Part shown: positions 12,395 to 25,185 of the stretch, piece after piece
Layout: every line of letters begins with the position of its first letter
Numbering within the stretch: the first letter of the stretch is position 1
DNA from: Trichinella spiralis
Lineage: Eukaryota
NCBI RefSeq assembly: GCF_000181795.1
Contig: NW_003526941.1
Location: 2,640,661 to 2,704,660, forward strand
Length of the DNA: 64,000 nucleotides
Direction: 5' to 3'
The notes under the pieces: model-generated
The model's database searches: none
The model's input: only the letters and a program-made list of their open reading frames with translations
What the model was told of the DNA's origin: nothing
Translations under genes and position numbers: made by a program

Positions 12395-14047
12395 TTAAAC
12401 AATGTAATTTAATAAAATAGTTTGTGACCAGATGTAAAATCCTATTCCTTGAAATACGTAACCGCCTGGTATTTGACCACGAAAAAGCCGTTCGACATCC
12501 GTACTATTTTGCAGTTGAACAACAACACTGTATGCTGCGCTGTAAAAGTCGAAAATTGCTAACGACGAGCCACACTGCCTTGGGCCCGGTACAGCATAGC
12601 CGATGATTCCACGATTTTGGTACCCTTGACGCAGGCGTTGTTGATAAACTTCTTCGTTTATCGTATAAAAGTCCATCATTTGAGTAGGACTGTAGATGTG
12701 ATGAATCGGTCTCAAAGTTGGACAGGATGTTATGTAACGTCGAATGACGGCTCCAATCGGTCCGAGGTTACCCATTGCTGGAATAGATCTGTATTGTTGA
12801 ATTACTAGCGGATCTGTGACGAGCAAGTTCGATCTTATGGCATTGTTGAAAAATCGATACAGTAAAACCATATCACTTATGGCTAAATTGAACGATATAA
12901 CGTGGTACGCTTGAAATGAATTAAAACTCACGTGGCTGCATACCGCCACCAAAAGGTGAATAAATTGAACCAATTTCCACTGGGCCTAAGAAAATAAAAT
13001 TTAATTTAACATCTTCAGAAATTTAAAATTTAATTCAACATTTCAAATTTGACATCTTCAAAATTGTAATGATTTACTTTAATTTATGCATATTAATAAT
13101 TGAATTGGAAGATTTTCTAACATAAATGACAACTATATAGAATAGAGAAAATCGTACAACATAAATTTTGACTGCAGAATTTTTCATTAGACGCACAGTA
13201 TGAACAAGGGCGATTTCTTGGACCAACTACAAATGGGACTTCATCGGTAAGCGCTCTAAAAAGTTACACAAATTGTGTAAATTTAACAGAAACTTTTAAT
13301 AAACGCTAATCTTAATTGCATATAATTTTCTAAATGCTCACTTGTACGTGTAAGAGCAAACAGCCAAATAACCAGCACTGCCTGAATTTGCTCCGGCGCA
13401 AGGTCCAGTAACTGCTTGACATCTTGCCATTGCACAACCCAAAGCGTTAGCCTGATACCATGCAAACTGAACAAATAAATAATGTCTCATTATTGAAAGT
13501 GAAACAATAAAACAGCTTGTCACCAAACTGAACTTGTTTGAAATTGTCGCAAGTTTCACCAGAAGCGCAAGTGTTCAAAGCATAGTCGTAGTTGAGTGAG
13601 CCGTCATCGTAAAAGCCACCGACAATATCAGCCGCTGAAGGCAGTGGTCCCGGAATTGCAGAATAATAATAAGCGATACCATACATACTGTACAGTTGTC
13701 CCGTATTGCACGAACATTTTATTGCTTCTCGTTCAGAATTTTTTACCATTGAATAATCGTATTGCAGCTGAATTTAAAGCTTATTTAAATGTTCAAAAAA
13801 TTTATATAAACACTATTCTCACCGTGCACTGCATATTTCCACCTTCTAACTGTGCCCGTAAAATGTTGTGCTGAGCGATCAAGGATCCCGTTTCATTTAT
13901 ACGTACAAGCATACCTTGGTATGTACAGTTGAATTGCATAGCAACAAAAATGTTTTTGTACATGTTTTGAGATTAAAAAAAATTACCTTGTGCTGAGCAG
14001 TATGCAAAAAAACAGAAACTAATGAGTGAAGTAAATGTTCTTGCCAT
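12395..14047 (-). CDS. Secreted CAP/SCP (VAL-like) protein with C-terminal DUF5648-like 3-repeat domain, copy 1 (about 7 exons)
   Basis: Signal peptide MARTFTSLISFCFFAYCSAQ; QHNILRAQLEGGNMQC; LNYDYALNTC...CDNFKQ; FAWYQANALGCA..C..YLAVCSY; C-terminal LYRFFN/IHHIYS..DFYT..GYQNRGIIGY/GYVFQGIGFYIW repeats. Confidence 0.85.
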
Positions 14048-14565
14048 TACTGAAACAGAAATGCTGGCGCAGTGTTTGAAATTACTGTTTCAAAACTGTG
14101 TTCATGCAGTTATCAGTGGTATGATAATTGACCGCTACCAAGTGACAGGTGAACAAACATCACCTTTTGCGCTTTGTACAAGCCGCTGATAACTTTCAGA
14201 GCTGTTTCAAATTGAATTTGCAGATGCAGCTAGTGAATAGTCATCTTCAAGCACACACTGAGACCAATTTCTTCCAATCTTGTTTAATATAAATATAGAA
14301 TTGAAGCATTTCAGCTTGACTAATTAAAAATAAACTGTTCTGTTTACAAAATGAAGCAAAAATTGCAAATCATTTCAACTGTGCAATGAAATCGACATTT
14401 TAAATTTCAATTAAATCGAACAACCAAAAGTAAAGTTAAAAAACAGTTCAAAAATTTTTACATAACTTCACACTGAAACACACGCAATTGAAGTGTAACA
14501 TCTTATTAAATTTATTAATAAAATGTCCAAATCAGTGCTCTGACTTATGAAAACGAGAAATTTTT

Positions 14566-16124
14566 TCATGGTGAAGCGTCGGGTTCCCATACGTAAAATT
14601 CGACACCTTGATACAAGAAACTACCTGGAATTTGGCCACGAAGAAGCTGTAAAACATCGGTTCCATTCTGCAGTTGTACTGTCGTACCAAGTGCCTGACT
14701 GAAGAAAGTATAAATCGCTACGCTCACTTGACATGCTTCTGGTCCTGCCAAAGCATAGCCTATTATTCCTTTGTTTTCAAAGCCATCCCGCAAACGCTCT
14801 TTGTAAACTTCTGTGTTGGTTAGGTAAACGTCCATTTGCAATTTGTTGGAAAACAAGTGATGAACAGGTTTCAGATATGGACATGAGTTGGTTTTCTCTT
14901 TAGCCAAAGAACCTATTGCTCCCAAATCAGCTACTTCAGGTAATCGCCTCAGCCTTTGCATCTCATTAACGTCGGTGACGAGCAAGTTCGTTCTTTTATT
15001 ATTATCAAAAAATCTAACCAATTTTACCATATCATCTTTCGCTGAAAAGAAAAGGCAAAAACAAAATACTTATTAATAATTTTCTTTTCTCTTCTTTTCT
15101 CTTCTCTTCTCTTCTGCATAACAAGAATTTAAAATTTACTCTTCTATGTAAACTTACATGGTTGTTTGCCACAACTCTGCTCATTAAATACACCAATTTC
15201 TCTCGTGCCTACAACAACCTTTGTACAAATAAAAAGTCATAAATAGGATGCGCAAGAGACAGACAGCACACGTTCTGGCTGCATATAACTTCAGTCGATG
15301 CACAATAGGTACACGGTTGGTTATTCATTCCAACAACGTACGGCACTTGATTTAGCAAAGCTCTGAAAATTTCATTTAAAAAATTTTAATACTACAACTC
15401 CAGAATTTCAATTTTCACACTTACTTGTGCGAATAGGCGCACACGCCCAAGTATCCTGGGGCGCCTGCATTTATTCCAGCGCAAGGCCCGTTCACTGCCT
15501 GACATTTTGCCAACGAACAGCCAATTTTGCTCGCTTGATACCAAGAAAACTTAACAAATTGATCATTTGTGAAAAAACGTTCAAAAAAAAGTTCACTTAT
15601 GAATATTCTACCTGCTTGAAATTATCGCATGTGGCTCCTGGTTCACAGGTATTAGACGCATAATTGTAATTCATCGCACCTTCTTCGAAGAAACTGTTTG
15701 CAATATCCTCTGCTGTCGGTGCTTTACCAGGACTAGGCGTATAGGAGTAGGCAACACCGTAAGGCCCGGTCGGTGGGTTCTCATTGCAAGAACATTTCAA
15801 CGCTTCCTTGGCTGACCATTTTGCCATGTCATCGTCATATTCCAACTGAATATAAGAATTTTCATTAAATCTTGTAAAAACTATTATTATTCATATGCAG
15901 CACTTACGGTACATTCCATATTGCCACCCAACAGAGATGCACGCAAACTGTTATGAGTGTTGATGAACAATGCTTCATCATTTAAATTAACCAAAGTATC
16001 TTAAAAAGTGGACAAGTGAAAAAGAAATACTTTTATTCTACTGTTATAAGTGATTTTTACTCTGAGATGCGCAAACGTAAAATAGTGAAATTTTCACAAA
16101 AATTGATATCAATCCTTGAGACAT
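14566..16124 (-). CDS. Secreted CAP/SCP protein with DUF5648-like domain, copy 2
   Basis: Signal peptide MSQGLISIFVKISLFYVCASQ; THNSLRASLLGGNMEC; MNYNYASNTC..CDNFKQ; SWYQASKIGC; C-terminal ORF 14566-15030 is paralogous to copy 1. Confidence 0.85.
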
Positions 16125-17077
16125 TTCGGTCGCTTTGCAGAATTAGAATAAATAATTCGCTATGCAACTGACCATTTATATGGGCATGTTCAAACGATTG
16201 TTATCCAATACTGTTGACTGTTTTTATTGACACTGAAACTTTATAATACCACAGTGTTGACTGTATCATCGAAGTTTTGCTCTCACTGCGCCTGCGTTTG
16301 GTAAATTTCTGACGGTAGTGGACTGGAACTAATTGCTGAACAAAGAACTTTCTCTTGGAAAAGTTGATGCAGCTGCATCCACTTTATTCTACTTCCATGC
16401 TAAACTGGTAAATTATTCACAAAGGTTACTAATTAAAATCAAACTTTCCAAATTTGCCAAAATTAATGTTTCTGCAAAAGTGCAGGGCAAGCAAATTGAA
16501 CTTTTCTTAATATACATACAATGACACTGCTCATAGGCAATGCAAAGTCATTACAAGAGGAAATTTGTTTAAACAAAAAAAATTCCTTAAAACATATTTA
16601 TTTTTATAACAGGGATAGTATTCATTTTACAACATGAGATTTTCTTTTCAATTTTATTGTCATCATTATTTAATTATTGCTATCGGTTAATATTTACACA
16701 AATACATTTGTACTAACTTTTTCATTCAGTTCAGCATGAATAAGCAAAATATAAATAAAAGAGTTTTTTTAGAATATTAAAAGTAAATTTTATATTTATA
16801 AAAATCTGCTAACAGTAAATGGGAAATGGTAATTTCTGCTTTCAGTGAAAAACACCTCTCAGCAGTGCAATAATTACAAACTGAATAATGATAGGCAGGT
16901 AGAAATATGCTTTGTACTACAGATAATTTACAGTTGCAATTGGTTGTTGAAATTGCCGTTGCACATTACATTTCAGTTTTGAAAAAATGAAGCAAAATCT
17001 TACTCAGACTGTTTATTGAATGCAATTCATTTCAAACGTGCAAATCTATTATACTGTTGACTTTATCCGTGTCAACT

Positions 17078-18656
17078 TTAACAACAATCTGCCCCGGTCG
17101 CAGCGCTTTGTTTCCAAATGTAAAATGGTATACCTTGAAAGGTATAACTTCCTGGAATTGTATTTTTGAATAGCCCTATCACATCGCTGCTATTCTGAAG
17201 CTGAACAGTGCATAAAAATGCGGCACTGTAAAATTCATAAATCGGTATCGTTGCACCGCACAAATATGGGCCTGGCACTGCGTAGCCAATCACACCCTTG
17301 TCCCAATAGCCTTCACTAAGACGTTGGTTGTAAACTAGTTCATTAATTAGATAAATATCCATAAGATAAGCAGGGTTGTATATATGATGGATGCGTTGCA
17401 GGTATGGACATGTAGAACCATCATTTCTAATGGCTACAGCACCAATTACTCCAAGATTTCCTACTGAAGGATCGCTGTTCAACGCATTAAGCACTGACTG
17501 GTTCACAGCCAAATAATTGGATCGAATAGCATTGTTAAAATATCGATGCAAAAGTGCCATGTCAGCTTGTACTAAATGAATAAAGAAATTTCTATTTGTT
17601 TTTAAAATCATATAAATATTGTGAAAATCAATTTATTTATCACAAAAAGAATTTGTAAAATCAAAAAACAAAATTTACCTGGTTGAGCTCCACAACCGGG
17701 TGCACCAATTACAGTACCTATTTCCACTGGACCTAAAAATAAGTTTTGAAAATAACAAACTGTCTTTACATTCCAGGTAAAATTTCGTACAGCATAAATT
17801 TTGACTGCACACAATATCGTGTGCGGCACAAAAAGTGCACGGCTGACCGTTCAATCCCATAACATAAGGAACTTGGGTTAGAAGTGCTCTAAACGGAAAG
17901 GCGCAAACATGTCCATTTTTACTGATAACTTTCTGACTGTGTGGTAAACTTACTTATACGTGTAGGCACAGACCGCCAAATAACCCGAAGCACCCGTATT
18001 CATTCCTGCACACAAGCCATTCACTGTTGGACAATTTGCTATGGCGCAACCGAGTTTATCCGCTTGGTACCATGTAAACTGAAATAAGTTTTAAAAATGT
18101 AAACTAAAAAATGCATATTTTCTTTCTACCATTACCTGTTTGTAATTGTCGCAAGTAGTTCCTGCAGCGCATGTGTTCGTATTGTAGTCATAATTCAGCG
18201 CTCCCTCATCAAATAAAGTGTTCGCTACACTCTCCGCATTTGGAAGTGGGCCTGGGGTTGGAAAATAGGAATAAGCTATGCCATACTGCCCAGTTGGTGG
18301 TCCTTGATTGCAAACGCAAGTAACAGCCAATTTCTCTGCTTCAGAGGCCATTGCATTATCATACTCAAGCTAAGTATAAGTATCAAACCAAGTTATACTG
18401 GGCAATAAGATAATTTTAAAACCAGCAATAACTTACGGTGCATTCCATATTGCCACTGTTCATATTTCCACGTACCAAATTGTGCTGAGAAACAAATGCT
18501 CCTGTTGCGTTGATTTTTATAAGTGAACCTTCAAACAATATTATAATACTATTGAAACTTATGACTTTTCAGAAAATGAAAACAACAATTACCCTGCGAC
18601 CAGCATAATTTGAAAAGTGATAAACAGATAAATAAAGGCAGCATGTTGAATGGCAT
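17078..18656 (-). CDS. Secreted CAP/SCP protein with DUF5648-like domain, copy 3
   Basis: Signal peptide MPFNMLPLFICLSLFKLCWSQ; QHNLVRGNMNSGNMEC; LNYDYNTNTC..CDNYKQ; TWYQADKLGCA; C-terminal ORF 17078-17611 is paralogous to copies 1 and 2. Confidence 0.85.
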
Positions 18657-20187
18657 TTTTACTTGATCAGAGCACAGCAACCCGTCTCATGTACAAAGAT
18701 AAAACTGCTTAGCAGATTTCCTTTATATGTATATACATGTGTATCGTCATGTCTGACAATTTGTTACATAAAGGAAGTCAGCCTTCATAATTATTTATCT
18801 AGTGTTCGTGTGAAAAATTGATTCTATTGCTTTTCAGGCATATTGTGTTTGCAATTGTCTATCTTAAATTTTCTTAATTCCTTTAAACATATATATATAT
18901 TATGGTTACAAATTGACACAGGAAATTTGTGTTCTATCTTTAAATTTTCAACAGAACCCAAAAACAAAATTTTGTTAATTAAAAGCAAACGATAAAATGT
19001 AACAACCGAATAAGGTAGCATAATCTAAGTTGATATGAAATTGCAATTTTATAAAAATATGCAGTGTAAATTAATCACAGTTTATTGTAAGCAACTGCCC
19101 AATTAAAAGAATAAAAAATTCTGTAAATTTTGAAAAGCATTATAATTCAGATGAGAATTTGATATAAATTATTTTGATTGTCAATATGTAAAACAGCTCC
19201 ATTTAAAGTAATCAATCTGAATGTGAATAAAAAAATTTTTCATTCCTTTTCCAGTGGAATAATACAAACAACGTGAACATAAATGAGTTGCATTATAGTT
19301 AAGAAATAGTTTAGAAAAATTTTTTAAATCTGCTCATTGCAAGCTTTTCTCTAAAGATATAATTGCATGGCATTTAAAATGTGAATATACTTTCAATGCC
19401 TGTTTAGTATCATAGTTACTGATGTCAGAAATTGCATTGTAAAATATGATTATTTGAAGTACTTATTTAAATGAACGTGGTTGCACAATCACACAAAAAA
19501 ATTGCCTCCTAAAATACTAAAATGTTCATCAACAGTTATTAAAGTGATATCATCAAAACCATTCAACATACCAACAAATGGAACAAATAATTTAAACTTC
19601 GCAAAAAATTTTCTTTCGTGATTTTTTCAAACATTAAAACAATTATATATTCATTTTAAAATGAACTGTTGTTAGAAAGAAATACAATATTAGCAATATA
19701 CATTAATTACACATGAATTTATAAGTACCAATTAATAATATGCATCGACTTATTAAACTGTCTATAAATTGGATATAAATTTATTAATTTGTGCTGCCAA
19801 ATTCAAGCATCTTCTAAGCAATAATTCAAGCTAAACGATTCTTTAGAGATATTTCAAACTGAAAAGATACAACAAATCATAACAGAAAATAATAATCAAA
19901 TAAATTGCAATTTCATCTGTATATCATTTTCACGCCATAACACAGGCCAATTCAAAATGGATTCAGATAAGAATAGAAAAGTAAAAATTTAAAAATTTCT
20001 ATCAAACAATAGCTTTGTTCAAATTTGTTGAACAACTTTGTCATATTTCAATGCAGACGTGTGATCTGCACGTGGATTAAATGAAGAAAATAAACAGCTG
20101 TTGCGATAATATTGTAAGATTAAAATAGAAGAAAGTCAAACATGGTAAAAGGGAAATAAATTCTTCTGAAGATTATAAATTGGCCAT

Positions 20188-22592
20188 TCAGCCAGACTTT
20201 GCTTCTTCCTCCTGTACATTGGTAGCATCCTCTTCAGCTGGATTTTCATTCTCTTCTTTCAGCTGTTCTTCGTTCTCCTTAGCCTGATCCTTTTCCTTCT
20301 GTAAACATTCATCAAGCTTCTGCTTCACGGAAGACATCGACTTTCTCACTTCAACCCTTTTGAAACAAAGAATTTGCAACAAACACAATGTAAAAATAAT
20401 CAAAATTTGAAATGCTTACAAAAATGCATCTAGAAGGCCCTGGGGTGTTAAATTGTCCAAGATGTGAAACTTAAATTCAAACAACACTTCCTCAGATGTA
20501 CTTGGCAAAGTGAGAACGGATGGTACCAATTTATAAACTATTGGGGCTTGGATAATATCCGAAGGCAGTTTCACTATTGAAAAGCGAACATGAAATAGAG
20601 TCAGTTGTCATGAAGCAAATTTCAATACCTTGAACACAAAATGTGAACTCTTCCAAAGTTGCGCAAAATGAAAAACTGTAGAACATTTCCTCATCGGCAG
20701 TTACGTTCAAACTGAAATAAATTAAAATTACAAGGAAAAAAAGAAAAAAAAATCGTTCATACAATCTGTTGCTCTCTTTCAGCATGCGAATAAATTCTTC
20801 ACGATATTCCCACTGATTTTCAGCTCTCACCAACTATAAAATATGCGTTGAAAAACCAACAAAATAAACAACAAATATACGAATGAATGCATGGCTGATT
20901 GCAATTCTTACGAAATTCTTCAAGTCATCTTTAACTACCGACACATACTCTCCAATGAAGCAATTCATTGGAGGCAATTTGTAAGATGAAACATTTGCAT
21001 ATCTAAATTGAAAAGATTTCAGAAATGAAATTTCAAACAGAAAAAAGAAACAGATCAAACAAATGCCTACTTTCTTATGGCATCAGGACAGAGCAGTTGA
21101 TATGAATATATTTCTGAACAGTATTCGATGAAGCTGAGAAACAAATAAGCGCACGTCGGCTGACCATCCTTAAATAGAAACTTTCAACCATCGTATGCAT
21201 ATTATTACAGTGTGAAAGCGTTTTCAGCATCTGTTTGTTTACATTTGTTAAAATTTCTGGCAAGCAAAACAACTGTTCCAAGTCAATTCGAATGATGCAA
21301 GTCAAATAGCCCCCTCTTCCCAAAAATGCCAAAATATCTTCATATTTGCTCAGCTCCAACGAGTTCAAATGCAGACGAATTATACTGTTCGAATAACAAT
21401 TGTAAAGATGAAAATCTTGATACTTCATGAACAATTCGAGAAACAAATCTAAGAGGCAGTTGGGATTCGAAATATCCCATTTCGTGTATGCCTAAAATGA
21501 TGATGAAAAAAAGATAAGAAAATTCTTTTCATACAAAAGCATACTTCTATCATTTCAACATCTGGAATGAAGTTTTCCTCATTAAAGTAAAATTCAGGCG
21601 GCAGCAGCTGGTGTGACCATTGGAATACCACGTAACCTGAAAATCACAAATGTAGCAAATTTCGAATATTATATGAAAAGCTACATCACAACATTTGTAT
21701 TTGAAAATGACAACAATCATGTAAATAGGTGTAAACAGCATTTACAATCAAATTCCATTGACATGCACCATCAAATTCGTGATAAAAATTAATTCACATC
21801 AGTCTACAATTTCAGTTTTACAATAATAATACTTCAAAAAAACGCGCAATGTGTTATATAAAATCAGATAATTCACAATGTCTTAATTGTTCATGTTCAT
21901 TTATGGAAGTTAAACTCTTGCATCCTAGACAAATATAATTTTCCATATAACAAAATTAAAAAAAAACATTTAAACTAGTAATTATAAGAAGAAATAAGTT
22001 ATACGATAAAAGAAAACAGGATGCTTAACAGAAATGCAATAAAACATTGCAACAATTATTCAATCTTGTTGTAAAAGCATTGAAACTTTCAAACATATCG
22101 AAATTTGAACTCGCATATGTAAATTACAAATTGGTAGCAACAATTTTCTATACACGCTAAAATCCTTACGAAAAAGCATTAACAATAAACAATAAACGGA
22201 TAAATTATGAAACAATCTACACAACAGCAAAATACGTTTTCACTTAAAAATTCAATCTTACACGAAAATTCAAAGTCTCCAAAATTGATGAATATTCGAA
22301 AACGATCACCTAACGGCACATTTTTCAATTGCTGTGAAACGAACGAACTCGCCCTGAAAGTAGCAATAATAATTATTCATTCAAATAAAATAACTGCCCA
22401 AACCACATACCCAGATTGAATTTTACAAATATTGGCTTTAAAACAGCCAAAAAACGGAAAGTCCAAGAAATGCTTCACCGGCGTCTTCAACCAATCGACC
22501 AAACATCGAACCGACGAATCGTTATAGCTTTTATAACAAAAGGTTTCTTGACTTGTATTTTTATCTGATGATGATTCCAAATTACGCGTCAT
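20188..22592 (-). CDS. BABAM2: BRISC/BRCA1-A complex member 2 (BRE/BRCC45), multi-exon, divergent
   Basis: GDRFRIFINFG, VVFQWSHQLLPPEFYFNEENFIPD, TKWDISNPNCL, LELFMKYQDFH and YREEFIRML..ADEEMFYSFSF..FTFCV parallel the BRE motifs DRFKLHIPY, PELPPDFIFGEDAEFLPD, SWNPSNPECL and RREYIAAFL. Start codon uncertain. Confidence 0.75.
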
Positions 22593-23699
22593 GATAATAT
22601 GGCCAGCTGAAAATTACAGAAGATTTATGGCAGACATTCATTAGAAGTTAATTTTAAAAACACTAAAAAGAGATTCCTCTTCTTGCCTGTTTCGATGCTT
22701 AATGAATTCAATATGTACGCATCAGTTTAATGTTTAATGCATAAATTTATTATTCAGTGATGCAAACATAACCAAACGCACGATAAGTTAAATCTGTCTG
22801 TACATACAAAGTAAAAATTACGAATTACTGTATATAAGCACCTGAGTATTTTTTACTATATATTTTAGAAATTATTTTATTAAAAATTAAATGTTGAATA
22901 GCAGTAAGTTTTGATAATAAATTATATTGTAAACTATATTATATATTTTTATACTGGTTTTCCTAAAAATATTGAGTTTTTTCAAGTTACTAACGAAATC
23001 ACTATTTGTAGTGTAAAATAGAAGTATGTCATTTATATTGTAAAAAGTCCGTAACATTGTTGTGCATGCAATTCATGCAGCGATTGCATTCAATTAGCAT
23101 TTATCTACACATTACGTGAAGTCATATCAAAAGCATATACATATGTATGCGAGATTTATTTTTCTTCGTCGCAGCTGTCACTTGTGCTAGCTATTACGCC
23201 GCGACATATGACGTTGTGTTACTAAGATTTTAGCTTTTCTCGATGTTAAATGAATCAAACGAGACTAAATTTGAAGTTGTATTACACTTTTATATGTAAA
23301 TTATTATTCAGGTAAGAACTTCATTAAGTAAAATGATTAATATTTAGAAGGAATTTCAGTTTTATATCTAAAATGGTAATTACCGAATAATTTATATTTT
23401 ATAAATTAAAGTTTTTATTTATTATATGTTCTCAGTAATTTGAAGATGTAAAAGTTATCATGGGATACACTTACAATGTGTCCATAAAAATATTTTTGTC
23501 AAATACTTTGTTGGAATATGAATTACTTTTCATGAAATTCGTTTCAACTAAAGTTTCTGCTTAACAAATTCATTAGTGCAAGAACTATTATATAATAAAC
23601 TGAATTAAATGTTTGACAATATAAAAATTGCACTTTGTTTTATCTTTTATCAGTATGTATCAGTTTGAACAACTGAATAAATGAGCATTAATAACGATC

Positions 23700-24719
23700 A
23701 TGTTAAGCGATGCTGTACGGATCATTTTTACAGAGAAAGTTACTGTAACGATGATCAGGAATGAAATTGTTTCTTTCTATGATATTACTGTAATTTATCT
23801 TTTTTTAAATAGATTTATAGTAGTTTTCCGCGACGTGACTTTAAAGAAAGACAAATGGCATGGCATGCTTTTTCTTGGAATACAAATTTAAGATTTTTCA
23901 GGTAAAATAGATGGATTTGAAAGAAACACATTCGAAAACTTTTCACTGGATAATTGATTATTTCTCAAATCGGCAGGTGACAGATTTTCATATTCTTCGT
24001 CCTGTGATGCCAAGCTTACAATGTGGTCCACAGTAATGACTACTGTTGTATCACTGTGCTGTATCATTTCATCAAACTTTAATTTATTTAGATGCGGCAT
24101 CGTTGCATTGTACATGGCATCGAAAACTTTGAAATTGACAGGCGCCAATTCAGTAGACCAGCTGATGATCAAAGCAACTTCAATGGGTATATCGAAGAAT
24201 GGCGAAATGTTCTCAGGTATATACATTTTGACTGAGACTTGTGTAGTGTGATGTAATTTTGAAAATTGCCCTACTTTTATAATGTTAACTTTAGCACGCT
24301 GGTTAGCGCAGTTAGCCGAAAAAGCCTTCAATTGTTCCGCTCAAGTTCACGACATGTCGAAGCTCAGTTTTCAGCAGTTGAAGAAATGGATTAAAGGCAG
24401 TTATGGCTTACTTGTGCCGTACGACAGCGATAAAAATTCATCACCTTGCATGAATGAGGGTCGCAATGCTCACTGGTGTTTTCTGCTCGGTTTTCTCGTC
24501 GTTAAATGTGATATTCCATCCGAAGATGGTAATCATGTTTTGGCACTCCAAGGAAAAAGCAAATATGTTGGTGTGTGGAATTTTGAAAAACTGAAAGCTA
24601 GTAACCTGAATCTTCGCCAAATTGACCAACGATATCGAGGATACTGTATTATTCCCGAAGGTGGAATGGAAGTTGGCCTTCGTGGAAAACTGATTGTTTT
24701 AACCAAAACTGAGACGTGA
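23700..24719 (+). CDS. ACTMAP: Actin maturation protease (C19orf54/UPF0692), about 5 exons
   Basis: Spliced PSLQCGPQ|CGIVALYMA (catalytic-Cys motif), SKNGEMFS, LLVPYDSDKNSSPC..GRNAHW, QGKSKYVGVW, SNLNL, GLRGKLIVL. Confidence 0.85.
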
Positions 24720-24799
24720 GTGAATCTGTGAAACATTTATAAAAGATATTTTCAAATTCAGTAAGTAATAATCTTTTGCAATGTATGAAATAAATTGTC

Positions 24800-25140
24800 T
24801 CATTTCTTCTTTCCACGTCGAAGTATCTCAATTTCATCTGCCTGAGCAGTCAGACGCAGGTTCATTTGTGCCATGTGCTCGCTCAAAGAGCTGAGTTGGC
24901 CTTCATATCCCAGTCTGGTTGTTTCCAATTCATCCTGAACAGAAAACAAAGAACAATATTCATATTTTTCTCATTATTCTGTTTACCATAAGATGTGCCA
25001 TTTGACCCTTCATTGCCTTCACTGTATCGTCCAGAGCCAACTTTTGTGCACTAAGCGCGTGCAAAGTGCTTATCAAATTTCGGCACTATATAAGCAAAGA
25101 AAGAGAAAATAAATGATTTAATTGATAACATTTATAAGAG

Positions 25141-25185
<45 letters not shown>

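Noticed and set aside
23888..24331. 147-aa minus-strand ORF
   Set aside because: Antisense shadow of ACTMAP exons and introns; no family signal.
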